Shown: positions 10,691-19,325 of the stretch, piece after piece
How the letters are laid out: each line of letters opens with the position of its first letter
Numbering within the stretch: the stretch's first letter is position 1
DNA from: Acidothermaceae bacterium
GTDB lineage: Bacteria; Actinomycetota; Actinomycetes; Acidothermales; Acidothermaceae
Assembly (NCBI GenBank): GCA_036380925.1
Contig: DASVDW010000175.1
Span: 55-64,054, forward strand
DNA: 64,000 bases
Reading direction: 5' to 3'
Program-made: the position numbers and the translations under genes
Notes under the pieces: generated by a model
Told to the model about the DNA's origin: nothing
Database searches by the model: none
What the model saw: the letters and a program-made list of their open reading frames with translations, nothing else

Positions 10691-11482
10691 ATGATCGCGG
10701 TCATCGGCGCAGGCAAGATGGGCGAGGCGTTGATCTCCGGGCTGTTGAAGGCGGGCGCCAGCCCTGACGACCTGCTCATCACCGAGCGGTATGAGGCGCG
10801 CGCGCAAGAGTTGACTCAACGCTATGGCGTGAAGGCGGTGGCCAACGCCGAGGCGGCGAAGCTCGCCGACACCCTGGTGATCGCGGTGAAGCCGCAGGAC
10901 ATGGACGCGTTGCTCGCCGAACTCTCGACAGCGGTGACGCCCGACCGGCTCATCGTCACCATCGCGGCGGGCGTTCCGACGGCGGCGATCGAAAAGCGGT
11001 TGGTCGAAGACGTTCCCGTCGTCCGCGTCATGTCGAACACCCCGGCGCTCGTCGGCGAGGCGATGAGCGCGGTCGCCGCCGGCGCCCATGCGAAGGAAGA
11101 GCATCTGGAGCGCGCCGAGGACATCTTCCGGCCGGTCGGCAAGGTGATCCGGCTGCCGGAAAGCCAACTCGACGCGGTCACCGCGCTCTCGGGCAGCGGT
11201 CCGGCGTACGTGTTCTACCTCGTCGAGGCCATGACCGACGCCGGCATCTTGCTCGGGCTCCCGCGGTCGATCGCCCACGACCTCATCGTGCAGACCGTGG
11301 TCGGCGCGGGCGCGATGCTGCGGGATTCCGGCGAGCATCCGGTCACGCTGCGGGAGGCCGTCACCTCCCCAGCGGGCACGACGATCGCCGCGATCCGGGA
11401 GTTGGAAAACCACGGCGTGCGAGCCGCGTTCTTGGCCGCGCTGGAAGCCGCGCGGGATCGCTCGCGCGAGCTAGCGCGGTAG
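10691..11482 (+). CDS. proC: pyrroline-5-carboxylate reductase
   Basis: Starts MIAVIGAGKMGEAL (Rossmann fold), with SNTPALVGE and TSPAGTTIAA motifs. Begins 4 nt after the proline dehydrogenase stop. Confidence 0.92.
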   Translation: MIAVIGAGKMGEALISGLLKAGASPDDLLITERYEARAQELTQRYGVKAVANAEAAKLADTLVIAVKPQDMDALLAELSTAVTPDRLIVTIAAGVPTAAIEKRLVEDVPVVRVMSNTPALVGEAMSAVAAGAHAKEEHLERAEDIFRPVGKVIRLPESQLDAVTALSGSGPAYVFYLVEAMTDAGILLGLPRSIAHDLIVQTVVGAGAMLRDSGEHPVTLREAVTSPAGTTIAAIRELENHGVRAAFLAALEAARDRSRELAR

Positions 11483-12427
11483 CCGCCGCCCGTCGCCGAA
11501 CGCCTGGCGGTACTGCGACGGCGAGACGCCGACCGCGCGTCGAAAGTGCGCGCGCAGGTTGGCCGCGGTGCCCAGGCCGCTGTGCTCGGCCACCCGGTCG
11601 ACGCTTTGCCGCGTGGTCTCGAGCAGCTCGCGCGCGCGGTCGATGCGCGCGGAGAGCAGCCACTGCAGCGGCGTGACCCCGGTCTCGGCGACGAACCGGC
11701 GCGCGAACGTGCGCTCCGACACGTGCGCGTGCCGGGCCAGCTCGCGCACGGTCAGCGGCTTGCCGAGTCGCCGCAGTGCCCATTGCCGGGTCGCCGCGAG
11801 GGACGACGTCGCGTCGTCGACGGGTAGCGCTTGCTCGATGAACTGCGCCTGTCCACCGGATCGGTGCGGCGCCGCCACAATCCACCGGGCCACCTTGTTC
11901 GCCACCCGCGCCCCCAGGTCTCGCCGGACGACGTGCAGGCACAGGTCGATCCCGCAGCACACGCCGGCGGAGGTGAGCACCGAGCCGTCGTCGACGAACA
12001 GCACGGTTCGATCGACGTCGACGGCCGGAAAACGGGCGGCAAGCTCGTCGGCGAAGCGCCAGTGCGTCGCCGCTCGGCGGCCGTCGAGAACGCCAGCCTT
12101 GGCCAGGGCGAAGGCGCCGGTGCAGATCGAGACCATGCGGCGCCCCCGCGCGTGCGCCCGCGCCAGCGCTGCAGGCAGCGCCTCGGGCAAGTCTTGAGTC
12201 GGCGGCCAGAAGCCGACGACGACAACGGTGTCGGCGCGTGCGACCGTCCGCAAATCTCCCTGTGGCACAAGGGAGAAGCCGGACGTCGTGCGGGCAGGAT
12301 TGCCGTCGGCGGTGCACAGCGTGACCCGATACGGGAGCTCTTCGGCGCTGAAGATCTGCGCCGGGATCGCGACATCGAGCGGCACCACCCGGTCGATCGC
12401 AAGGATTGCCACTCGGTGCTCGCTCAT
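11471..12427 (-). CDS. GlxA-family transcriptional regulator (DJ-1/PfpI domain plus AraC-type HTH)
   Basis: 318 aa. N-terminal DJ-1/PfpI-like domain (SICTGAFALAKAG) and a C-terminal AraC HTH domain (SERTFARRF, GLGTAANLRAHFRR). Confidence 0.85.
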   Translation of the reverse strand: MSEHRVAILAIDRVVPLDVAIPAQIFSAEELPYRVTLCTADGNPARTTSGFSLVPQGDLRTVARADTVVVVGFWPPTQDLPEALPAALARAHARGRRMVSICTGAFALAKAGVLDGRRAATHWRFADELAARFPAVDVDRTVLFVDDGSVLTSAGVCCGIDLCLHVVRRDLGARVANKVARWIVAAPHRSGGQAQFIEQALPVDDATSSLAATRQWALRRLGKPLTVRELARHAHVSERTFARRFVAETGVTPLQWLLSARIDRARELLETTRQSVDRVAEHSGLGTAANLRAHFRRAVGVSPSQYRQAFGDGRRLPR

Positions 12428-12482
12428 GGCAGGAATCTATCGCACAACGGCATAACCGCCACTCGCCGTTTCCCTGAGACGG

Positions 12483-13148
12483 ATGGAGACTTCGCGCATG
12501 ACGATTCAAGAGTCAGCCGACGACCTCGCGCTTCCGAACACCCGCCTCGCGGCGGAGACCGCGCGGTTCGTGGCGACCCACGAGCCTCCTGCCATCGCGA
12601 ACCACAGCATCCGCAGCTACCTTTTCGCGCGGATCCTCGCCCGGCGGCGCGGCATGCGACCGGGGCAGGATTTCGACGACGAGCTGCTCTTTCTGGCTTG
12701 CGCGCTTCACGACATCGGCTTGACGGCGATCGCCGACAAGGAGCAGCGCTTCGAGGTCGACGGCGCCGACGCGGCCGCCGAGTTCCTCGCCGGCAAGGGC
12801 CTTTCGTCGTCCGACGTCGACGCCGTGTGGCAGGCGATCGCGTTGCACACCTCCGGCGGCATCGCCGAACGTCGCGGACCCCTCTGCCAACTCACCCGCG
12901 GCGGCGTCGCGCTCGACATCAGCGCCGACGGCGGGATCGTCGACGACGACGCCGCGCGGGCCATTCATTCCAGATACCCGCGGCTGTCGATGGCGCGCGA
13001 GCTTGTCGACGCGATCGTCGCGCAGGTCCGCGCCAAGCCGGCGAAGGCGCCCGCGTACTCGCTGCCGGCGGAGCTGGCCCGCGAGCGGCACGACCTCGGG
13101 GTCACCGGCGTCGAGCGGGCGGCCCGGTCAGGTCGGTGGGGCGAGTGA
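12483..13148 (+). CDS. HD domain-containing protein
   Basis: 221 aa with NHSIRSY and LACALHDIGL (HD motif). The start may instead be ATG 12501. Confidence 0.7.
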   Translation: METSRMTIQESADDLALPNTRLAAETARFVATHEPPAIANHSIRSYLFARILARRRGMRPGQDFDDELLFLACALHDIGLTAIADKEQRFEVDGADAAAEFLAGKGLSSSDVDAVWQAIALHTSGGIAERRGPLCQLTRGGVALDISADGGIVDDDAARAIHSRYPRLSMARELVDAIVAQVRAKPAKAPAYSLPAELARERHDLGVTGVERAARSGRWGE

Positions 13149-13172
13149 CGCCGAGGTCGGTAGCGTGAACCG

Positions 13173-14348
13173 GTGAGCAACGATCACCCGCTCAGCGTGG
13201 TGTGGGACGACGACCTGGCCGACTACGACTTCGGGCCGGGCCATCCGCTCGCGCCGGTGCGTGTGCAACTCACCATCGAGTTGGCGCGCGCGATCGGCGT
13301 GTTCGAGCACGACAACGTCACGGTGATAGCGCCGGCGCCGATTGACGACGACCAGTTGCTGACCGTGCACGACGCCGACTACGTCGCGGCGGTGCAGGCT
13401 GAGCGCCCCAGTTCGCGCTACGGCTTGGGCACCGCCGACGTCCCTGTGTTCGGCGGCATGCACGTGGCGTCGCGGCGGGTCGCGGGCGCGACGGTGGCCG
13501 CCGCGAAGGCGGTGTTGGACGGCGTCGCCGTCCACGGGGTCAACGTCGCGGGCGGCCTGCATCACGCGATGCCGGGCGCGGCGTCCGGGTTCTGCGTCTA
13601 CAACGACCCGGCCATCGCAATCCGCTGGCTGCTCGACCACGGCGTCGATCGGATCGCCTACGTCGACATCGACGTCCACCACGGCGACGGCGTCCAGGAG
13701 ATCTTCTACGACGACGCGCGGGTGCTCACGATCTCGTTGCACCAAAACGGCCGAACGCTCTTTCCCGGCACCGGTTTTCCCGAGGACGTCGGCGGACCCC
13801 GGGCGCGCGGTTACGCGGTCAACCTCGCGCTGCCGCCCGGCACCGCCGACGCCGGGTGGCTGCGCGCGTTTCACGCGGTCGTGCCGCCGCTGGTGCGCGA
13901 GTTCCGGCCGACCGTCTTGGTCAGCCAGCACGGCTGCGACAGCCATCGGCTCGACCCGCTGGCCCAGCTGGCGCTCAGCGTCGACGGGCAGCGCGCGGCC
14001 GCGGTCGCCATCCACAACCTGGCGCACCAGGTGTGCGACGGTCGCTGGGTCGCCACCGGGGGTGGCGGATACGCGCTCGCGCAGGTGGTGCCGCGCACCT
14101 GGACGCATCTCCTCGCCGAGGCGGCCGGCCACCCGATCGAACCGACCAGCCCGACACCGAAGGCATGGCAGGACCTCGTCGTCGCCCGCACCGGCGCGAC
14201 GCCGCCGATCACGATGACGGACGACGAGCCCGCCACGTATGCGGACTTCGCCGGCGGTCGCGATCCCGCCAACCCGGTGGACCGCGCGATCGTGGGCACC
14301 ATGCGGGCGGTGTTTCCGTACCACGGCATAGACGTGAGCGATCTTTGA
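13173..14348 (+). CDS. acetoin utilization protein AcuC / class-I histone deacetylase-family deacetylase
   Basis: 391 aa with GGLHHAMP, DIDVHHGDGVQEIF and GGGGY motifs of the arginase/deacetylase superfamily. Confidence 0.88.
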   Translation: MSNDHPLSVVWDDDLADYDFGPGHPLAPVRVQLTIELARAIGVFEHDNVTVIAPAPIDDDQLLTVHDADYVAAVQAERPSSRYGLGTADVPVFGGMHVASRRVAGATVAAAKAVLDGVAVHGVNVAGGLHHAMPGAASGFCVYNDPAIAIRWLLDHGVDRIAYVDIDVHHGDGVQEIFYDDARVLTISLHQNGRTLFPGTGFPEDVGGPRARGYAVNLALPPGTADAGWLRAFHAVVPPLVREFRPTVLVSQHGCDSHRLDPLAQLALSVDGQRAAAVAIHNLAHQVCDGRWVATGGGGYALAQVVPRTWTHLLAEAAGHPIEPTSPTPKAWQDLVVARTGATPPITMTDDEPATYADFAGGRDPANPVDRAIVGTMRAVFPYHGIDVSDL

Positions 14349-15205
14349 TGACGCGAGACTCGCTGGTTCGCCACCTGATCGACACCCGTATCGCCGGCGC
14401 CGTCGCCACCAGTCGCGAGAACAACCTGGCCAACTTCCGGCTGATGTCGCAGCGCGACCCCGGTTACACGTTCGGCCTGCCGCTGCGCGGGGAGTGGTCG
14501 TTCGACGACGTGCTCGCCCTGATGGCGGCCCGCTGCGGCGTGTCGGCCGACGCCATGTACGACGCCGGGGACGACACCATCGACCCGGAGCTGACCGTCG
14601 ACCGGCTCGACGCGATGGCGGACCGGTTGCGCGACGTCGCGCGCGGCCGCGGCCGGGTGCTGATCGCGACCGGCCACCCGACCGGCCTGCTGGCGGTGCA
14701 TCTCGAGATCGGCCGCGCGCTGCGCGCCGCCGGCTGCACCCTGCTCGAGCCCGACGCGGTGTGGCGGGACGTCGACCGGGCCGGCAAACCGCATGAGCGG
14801 CACATCCGGCACCTGCTCGGGGCGGCGGTCGCGAGCCAGGGGGCGAACTTGCTGCACACCCACTCGCCGGTCCCGATGCAGATCATGCTCGACTCGCTCA
14901 CGTCGTCCGGCCAACCGCTGCCCGACCTGGTGGTCGCCGACCACGGTTACGCGGGCGCGGCCGGGGCGGCCGGGGCGCCGACGGTCGGGTTCGCCGATTG
15001 CAACGACCCGGCGCTGTTCGTCGGTGAGGCCGAAGGAGACGTCGCCGTTTGCGTGCCGCTCGACGACAACGTGGCGCCGCAGCTGTACGCCCCAATGACC
15101 AGTTACCTGCTGGCGAGGACGTTCGGGTCGCGGCCAGGTGTGGATGACGTCCATCAGGGCATCGCAGGAGGGAGCTTCGTCTCACTCCACTCGGAGGTGG
15201 ACTGA
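14348..15205 (+). CDS. conserved actinobacterial hypothetical protein (putative phosphatase family)
   Basis: ATG 14348 overlaps the acuC-like stop (TGATG). 285 aa. The N-terminal extension of ORF 13856..15205 lies inside the previous gene and was discarded. Confidence 0.6.
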   Translation: MTRDSLVRHLIDTRIAGAVATSRENNLANFRLMSQRDPGYTFGLPLRGEWSFDDVLALMAARCGVSADAMYDAGDDTIDPELTVDRLDAMADRLRDVARGRGRVLIATGHPTGLLAVHLEIGRALRAAGCTLLEPDAVWRDVDRAGKPHERHIRHLLGAAVASQGANLLHTHSPVPMQIMLDSLTSSGQPLPDLVVADHGYAGAAGAAGAPTVGFADCNDPALFVGEAEGDVAVCVPLDDNVAPQLYAPMTSYLLARTFGSRPGVDDVHQGIAGGSFVSLHSEVD

Positions 15206-15328
15206 TGCCTCAGGACGTGACCTCTTCCCCACCGGCCCCAACATCGCTACTCTCAGTGACGCACGTGCGTGATCGTTGCCGCCGGAGGGGAAGCCGGCGC
15301 CCGTCGCGTGCTGAAGGTTCGGTGCGTC

Positions 15329-15544
15329 ATGGGTGCAGGTGAGCGGCCACGCGACAAGGCGCTGGCCGAGGTCCGATTTTTGACGGTGGCGGAGGTCGCC
15401 ACCTTGATGCGGGTGTCGAAGATGACGGTGTACCGGCTGGTGCACTCCGGAGAGTTGCCGGCGGTGCGGGTCGGGCGCTCGTTTCGGGTGCCTGAGCAGG
15501 CGGTGCACACCTACCTGCGAGACGCCTTCATCGAAGCCGGCTGA
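15329..15544 (+). CDS. excisionase/MerR-like helix-turn-helix DNA-binding protein (Rv0500A-like)
   Basis: RFLTVAEVATLMRVSKMTVYRLVHSGELPAVRVGRSFRV is a typical excisionase-family HTH. Its position between proC and bS22 matches mycobacterial synteny. Confidence 0.8.
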   Translation: MGAGERPRDKALAEVRFLTVAEVATLMRVSKMTVYRLVHSGELPAVRVGRSFRVPEQAVHTYLRDAFIEAG

Positions 15545-15661
15545 CCGCACTCGTTACCCTGGTCACCGCACGGGCCCACCGGATCTCACCGGGGTCAGTG
15601 GCCTCGGGTTGAGAAGACACGGGCGGTTACGGTTCGTCCGCCGATGGGAAGCAGGTTCGTC

Positions 15662-15760
15662 GTGGGCTCAGTGATCAAGAAGCGCCGCAAGCGGATGGCG
15701 AAGAAGAAGCACCGCAAGCTGCTCAAGCGCACTCGCGTTCAGCGGCGCAACAAGAAGTGA
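15662..15760 (+). CDS. ribosomal protein bS22 (AURKAIP1/COX24-like, Rv0500B-type), 32 aa
   Basis: Not in the ORF track because it is too short. GTG 15662 to TGA 15758-15760 encodes [32 protein letters not shown], the highly basic actinobacterial bS22 sequence, in its conserved position. Confidence 0.8.
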   Translation: MGSVIKKRRKRMAKKKHRKLLKRTRVQRRNKK

Positions 15761-15784
15761 CCGCGCCGCGGCGTTGACCCTGCG

Positions 15785-15812
15785 GCCTGGCCGGGCGACT
15801 AGCCCGGCAGGC
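15785..15812. terminator. GC-rich hairpin between convergent bS22 and CAP-domain genes (putative bidirectional terminator)
   Basis: gcctggccgggc / gacta / gcccggcaggc gives 11 bp with one bulge and a 5-nt loop. The loop contains the CAP gene stop codon. There is no U-tract. Confidence 0.4.
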
Positions 15813-16680
15813 CGGACATGATCGTCGCGAACGTCAGCAGCTGCGACACCGGGTCGCTGGCGTTCGCCAGCGCCGGGCTGGACGCCGCCGCCACCAACTG
15901 TGAGCCGAGCGCCGACGCGCTCGGGCTGGCGTCGTGCGGCGCCGCCGGTTGGCCTGCGGGCTGCGGCGTCGCGGCGGCGTTGGCGGCGTTGGCGGTGTTG
16001 GCGGTGTTGGCGGTCGAGGGATGCGCTGGCGTGGCCGGCGCAGCGGGCTTGGCCGGCTGGTTGTGTTGCGTCGCCGGCTGCGCCGGCGTGGCCGGTTGCG
16101 CCGGTTTGGCGGGCTGGACGGGCGCCGGTTTGGCCGGCGCCGGAGCGGGGGCCGCGGCGCTGGCCGGCCGCTTGAAGTCGACGACCACCCACAGCACCCG
16201 GCAGTCGCAGCTGGGCAGGATCGAGGTGGCCGAGCCGACGCCCATCAGCGTGTACTTCGGGTTCAAGATGTTCGCCCGGTGCTCGGGGGAGTTCATGAAG
16301 GCGCGTTGCACGGAGGGGATGTCGGCGGCCATGCCGACGTTCTCGCCCAGGTTGGTCCAGTTGGTGACCTGACTGCGCAACGCGCCGTTGTGCGACAGCG
16401 TGTTCGCCGCGGCGAGGTGGTTCGCCCACGCCTGCGCGACCGAGGTCAGCTGCGCGTCGACGCGCAGGCCGGGAAGTCCGGCCGACGCGCGGGCGGCGTT
16501 GGTCGCCGCGGCGAGGTCGCCGGAGGGGCTGGCGAAGGCTGGGGCGGCGAACGCGGTGGATCCGACCACCGCGCCGACCGTCACCACGGCGGCGGTCACC
16601 AGCTTGGCCAGCCTTCGGCCGATCGGCGGGTGACCGGCGAACTGGCGGGAAACCAGCGGGAGCGACAAGCGCACGAGCAC
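15799..16680 (-). CDS. secreted CAP/SCP/PR-1 domain protein with Pro/Ala-rich repetitive C-terminal region
   Basis: 293 aa. Signal-like N-terminus ending AFASP, CAP-domain motifs (SHNGALRSQV, GENVGM, FMNSPEHRANIL), then PAKPA/PATPA and ANTANTANAANAA low-complexity repeats. Confidence 0.8.
   Translation of the reverse strand: MLVRLSLPLVSRQFAGHPPIGRRLAKLVTAAVVTVGAVVGSTAFAAPAFASPSGDLAAATNAARASAGLPGLRVDAQLTSVAQAWANHLAAANTLSHNGALRSQVTNWTNLGENVGMAADIPSVQRAFMNSPEHRANILNPKYTLMGVGSATSILPSCDCRVLWVVVDFKRPASAAAPAPAPAKPAPVQPAKPAQPATPAQPATQHNQPAKPAAPATPAHPSTANTANTANAANAAATPQPAGQPAAPHDASPSASALGSQLVAAASSPALANASDPVSQLLTFATIMSGLPG
15973..16014. repeat. 9-bp tandem repeat (ggcggYgtt, about 4.7 copies) inside the CAP-domain gene
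   Basis: Read directly: ggcggcgtt ggcggcgtt ggcggtgtt ggcggtgtt ggcggt. It encodes the ANTANTANAANAA stretch on the minus strand and is in frame (unit is a multiple of 3). Confidence 0.85.
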
Positions 16681-16869
16681 GATCCCTTCGCGGTTGCATT
16701 GGCGACAGGAATTCGCTCGGTCAGAAGGGCGCAGCGCTTGAGGAGCAAATACGAATAAATCCGGACTAATCGACGCGCGTTCACCCGGTTGGCGTAGTCG
16801 ACCGCGAGCCCTGGGCGCCCGGAGACCGCGGCGCGCGGCCCCGCGGCCCCGGGCCTAGAGTCGGGGATC

Positions 16870-17142
16870 GTGAACGCGAGGGCGGCGGACGCCGCCGAGC
16901 CGTCGGCGCGGGTGTTGCTCCTCAGCCGACCGGGCTGCCACCTGTGCGACGACGCCCGGGAGGTGGTCGCGCGGGTCGCCGCCGAGTGCGGCGAGCGGTT
17001 CGTCGAGCGCGACATCACCCAAGACCCCGAGCTGCTCGCCGAGCACGGCGAGTCGATTCCGGTGGTCTTCGTTGACGGCGTCCAGGTGGACTTTTGGCGG
17101 GTCTCGCCGCAACGTTTGCGAGCGGCCCTCGGCCGTCGCTGA
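16870..17142 (+). CDS. glutaredoxin-like thioredoxin-fold protein (DUF836/Rv0508-like)
   Basis: 90 aa with a CHLCD redox motif followed by IPVVFVDG. Conserved position upstream of rex/hemA. Confidence 0.7.
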   Translation: MNARAADAAEPSARVLLLSRPGCHLCDDAREVVARVAAECGERFVERDITQDPELLAEHGESIPVVFVDGVQVDFWRVSPQRLRAALGRR

Positions 17143-17232
17143 TCGGGCGGGTCGGCGCTTTCAAGATCGCTAGTTTTGTGCCCCCGTTGGTGCTGGCCTT
17201 ACTCTGGGGTGACCCCCAGATCCGGAGCTTGA

Positions 17233-18024
17233 GTGCGCGCCAGCAGTTCACAGGGCCAGTCGGGCCAGCCACGGGGCGCCGGTGTACCTCCATCGCAGCG
17301 CGACCCGCGGGTGGATCGCCCCGAACGCGAGCTGTCCCGCGGGATCCCCGACGCCTCGATCGCCCGACTGCCGCGCTACCTGCGCGCCCTGGTGGAGCTG
17401 GCCGAGGCGGGCGCGACCACGGTGTCGTCGGAGGAGCTGGCCGCGGCCGCGTGCGTCAACTCCGCGAAGCTGCGCCGCGACCTTTCCTACCTCGGCTCTT
17501 TCGGCACCAGGGGGGTCGGCTACCCGGTCGATTACCTGCAGTACCAAATCGAGCGCCAGCTCGGGCTGGCGCGCGATTGGCCGGTGGCCATCGTGGGCGT
17601 CGGCAACCTCGGTCGGGCGCTCGCGAACTACACCGGGTTCGCCACCCGCGGGCTGCGCGTCGCCTGCCTGCTCGACGCCGACGCCAGCCGCGTTGGCGAG
17701 ATCGTCGGCGGCCTCCCCGTCCGGCACGTCGAGGAGCTCCAGCGCCTTGTCATGAAGCACCGAATCGCGATCGGTGTGGTGGCGACCCCGCCGGCCGCCG
17801 CGCAGGAGGTGTGCGACCGCTTGGTGCGCGCCGGCGTGCGCAGCATATTGAACTTCGCGTCGGCCGTCGTCGTCGTGCCTGATGGTGTCGAGTTGCGCAG
17901 CGTCGACCTGTCGACCGAGTTGCAGATCCTCGCCTTCCACGAGCAGCGGCGGCAATCCCCGCGCGGTGGCGGGCCGATCGTGCCTGAGCAAGCAGCCGGC
18001 GCTGAGACGGTGATGCGCACATGA
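17233..18024 (+). CDS. rex: redox-sensing transcriptional repressor Rex
   Basis: GIPDASIARLPRYLRAL winged helix and VAIVGVGNLGRALANY Rossmann motif. Immediately upstream of and overlapping hemA, as in Streptomyces rex-hemACD. The N-terminal start is uncertain. Confidence 0.9.
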   Translation: MRASSSQGQSGQPRGAGVPPSQRDPRVDRPERELSRGIPDASIARLPRYLRALVELAEAGATTVSSEELAAAACVNSAKLRRDLSYLGSFGTRGVGYPVDYLQYQIERQLGLARDWPVAIVGVGNLGRALANYTGFATRGLRVACLLDADASRVGEIVGGLPVRHVEELQRLVMKHRIAIGVVATPPAAAQEVCDRLVRAGVRSILNFASAVVVVPDGVELRSVDLSTELQILAFHEQRRQSPRGGGPIVPEQAAGAETVMRT

Positions 18025-19325
18025 GCCTGCTCGTGGTCGGACTGTCGCATCGCAGCGCCCCGATGTCCCTGCTGGAACGGGTGTCGCTGCGTGACGACGC
18101 CGCGGCCAAGTTGCTTGACGACGTCGCGGCGGCGCCGGCGATCGACGAGTCGATGCTGCTGTCGACCTGCAATCGCGTCGAGCTGTACGTCTGCGTCGAG
18201 AAGTTTCACGCCGGAGTCGCGGCGGTCTCCGAACTGCTCGCGCGGCATGCCGGGCTGTCTTTCGACGAGCTTTCGCCGTTCATATACGTGCACTACGACG
18301 ACCGCGCCATCCAACACCTCTTCGCGGTCACCGCCAGCCTCGACTCGATGCTGGTGGGGGAGCACCAGATCCTCGGCCAGGTGCGCGCCGCTTTCAAGCT
18401 CGCGCAAGAGCGCGGCGACGCGGGCACCACATTGCACGACGCCGTGGAGCACGCGCTGCACGCGGCCAAGCGAGCGCACGCCGAGACCGGGATCGACGCC
18501 GCGGGGGCGACGCTCATCGACGTCGGCCTGCGGGTCGGCGCGCCTGACGGCGTCGCCGGGCGCGCCGCGCTGATCGTGGGTGCGGGCGCGATGGCGTCGG
18601 TCGCGGCCGCCACCCTCGCGTCGTCCGGTGTCGGGAGCATCGTGGTGGCGAGCCGCACCCTGCACTCCGCGGAGACGCTCGCGGCCCGGGTCGGCGGTCG
18701 GGCGACCCCGATCGAGGAGGTCGAGCAGGCGCTGGCCGACGCCGACGTCGTCGTGTCGTGCACGGGAGCGGACGGCATCGTGCTCTCCCGAGACCGCCTC
18801 GCGGGAGCGATGGCGACCCGTCCGAATCGGCCGTTGTTCGTCTTGGACGTCGCGCTGCCGCGTGATGTCGACCCCGACGCGGCGGCGCTCCCCGGCGTCA
18901 CCCTGCTCGACCTCGACCAAATCAAGCCGATGCTGGAAAGCGCGACGGCGGCGGACGACGTGCGCGAGGCGCGGCGGATCGTCGACGAGGAGCTGGCCGC
19001 GTATGTCGCGGTGCGACGGGCGTCGGGCGTGGCCCCGACGGTCGTGGCGTTGCGCGACAAGGCGGCGCAAACGGTCGACGCCGAGTTGCGCCGCCTGGAG
19101 CGGCGGCTCCCGCATCTCGACGACGTCGCCCGCGAGGAGGTCGCGGCGACGGTGCGACGGGTCGTCGACAAGCTGCTGCACGCGCCGACCGTCCGGGTCC
19201 AAGAGCTGGCCGGACTTGCCGGTCCGCAGTCGTACCCAGAGGCGTTGCGACGGCTGTTCGATCTCGATCCCGCGGCGCCGGCCGCCATCGCGGCGCCGAT
19301 GCCCGCGGACGAGGAGGCGCCGTGA
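18021..19325 (+). CDS. hemA: glutamyl-tRNA reductase
   Basis: 434 aa with MSLLVVGLSHRSAP, LSTCNRVELY (catalytic Cys) and GAGAMASVAA NADPH motifs. Confidence 0.95.
   Translation: MSLLVVGLSHRSAPMSLLERVSLRDDAAAKLLDDVAAAPAIDESMLLSTCNRVELYVCVEKFHAGVAAVSELLARHAGLSFDELSPFIYVHYDDRAIQHLFAVTASLDSMLVGEHQILGQVRAAFKLAQERGDAGTTLHDAVEHALHAAKRAHAETGIDAAGATLIDVGLRVGAPDGVAGRAALIVGAGAMASVAAATLASSGVGSIVVASRTLHSAETLAARVGGRATPIEEVEQALADADVVVSCTGADGIVLSRDRLAGAMATRPNRPLFVLDVALPRDVDPDAAALPGVTLLDLDQIKPMLESATAADDVREARRIVDEELAAYVAVRRASGVAPTVVALRDKAAQTVDAELRRLERRLPHLDDVAREEVAATVRRVVDKLLHAPTVRVQELAGLAGPQSYPEALRRLFDLDPAAPAAIAAPMPADEEAP

Noticed and set aside
13856-14347. N-terminal extension of ORF 13856..15205. Similar upstream extensions occur in ORFs 8728, 21666, 30293, 33630, 38017, 40524, 40694, 49092, 50686, 53970 and 60507.
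   Set aside because: The extensions lie entirely inside the preceding conserved gene in another frame. Internal starts that overlap the upstream stop (ATGA/GTGA) give proteins with canonical N-termini.
16681-16860. Possible cyclic-di-AMP (ydaO-type) riboswitch in the 5' leader of the CAP-domain gene, considered because disA is nearby and such riboswitches precede cell-wall genes in actinomycetes.
   Set aside because: I could not find the conserved paired ACGGGGA / CCGA-type core elements on the minus strand. Only an AT-richer promoter-like patch is present.
17142-17232. Rex operator (TTGTGAA-n4..6-TTCACAA) upstream of rex; also looked for upstream of nuoA at 51343..51441.
   Set aside because: Only isolated half-site-like strings were found (ttttgtgc at about 17185, gttcaca at about 17254). 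There is no inverted repeat with correct spacing.
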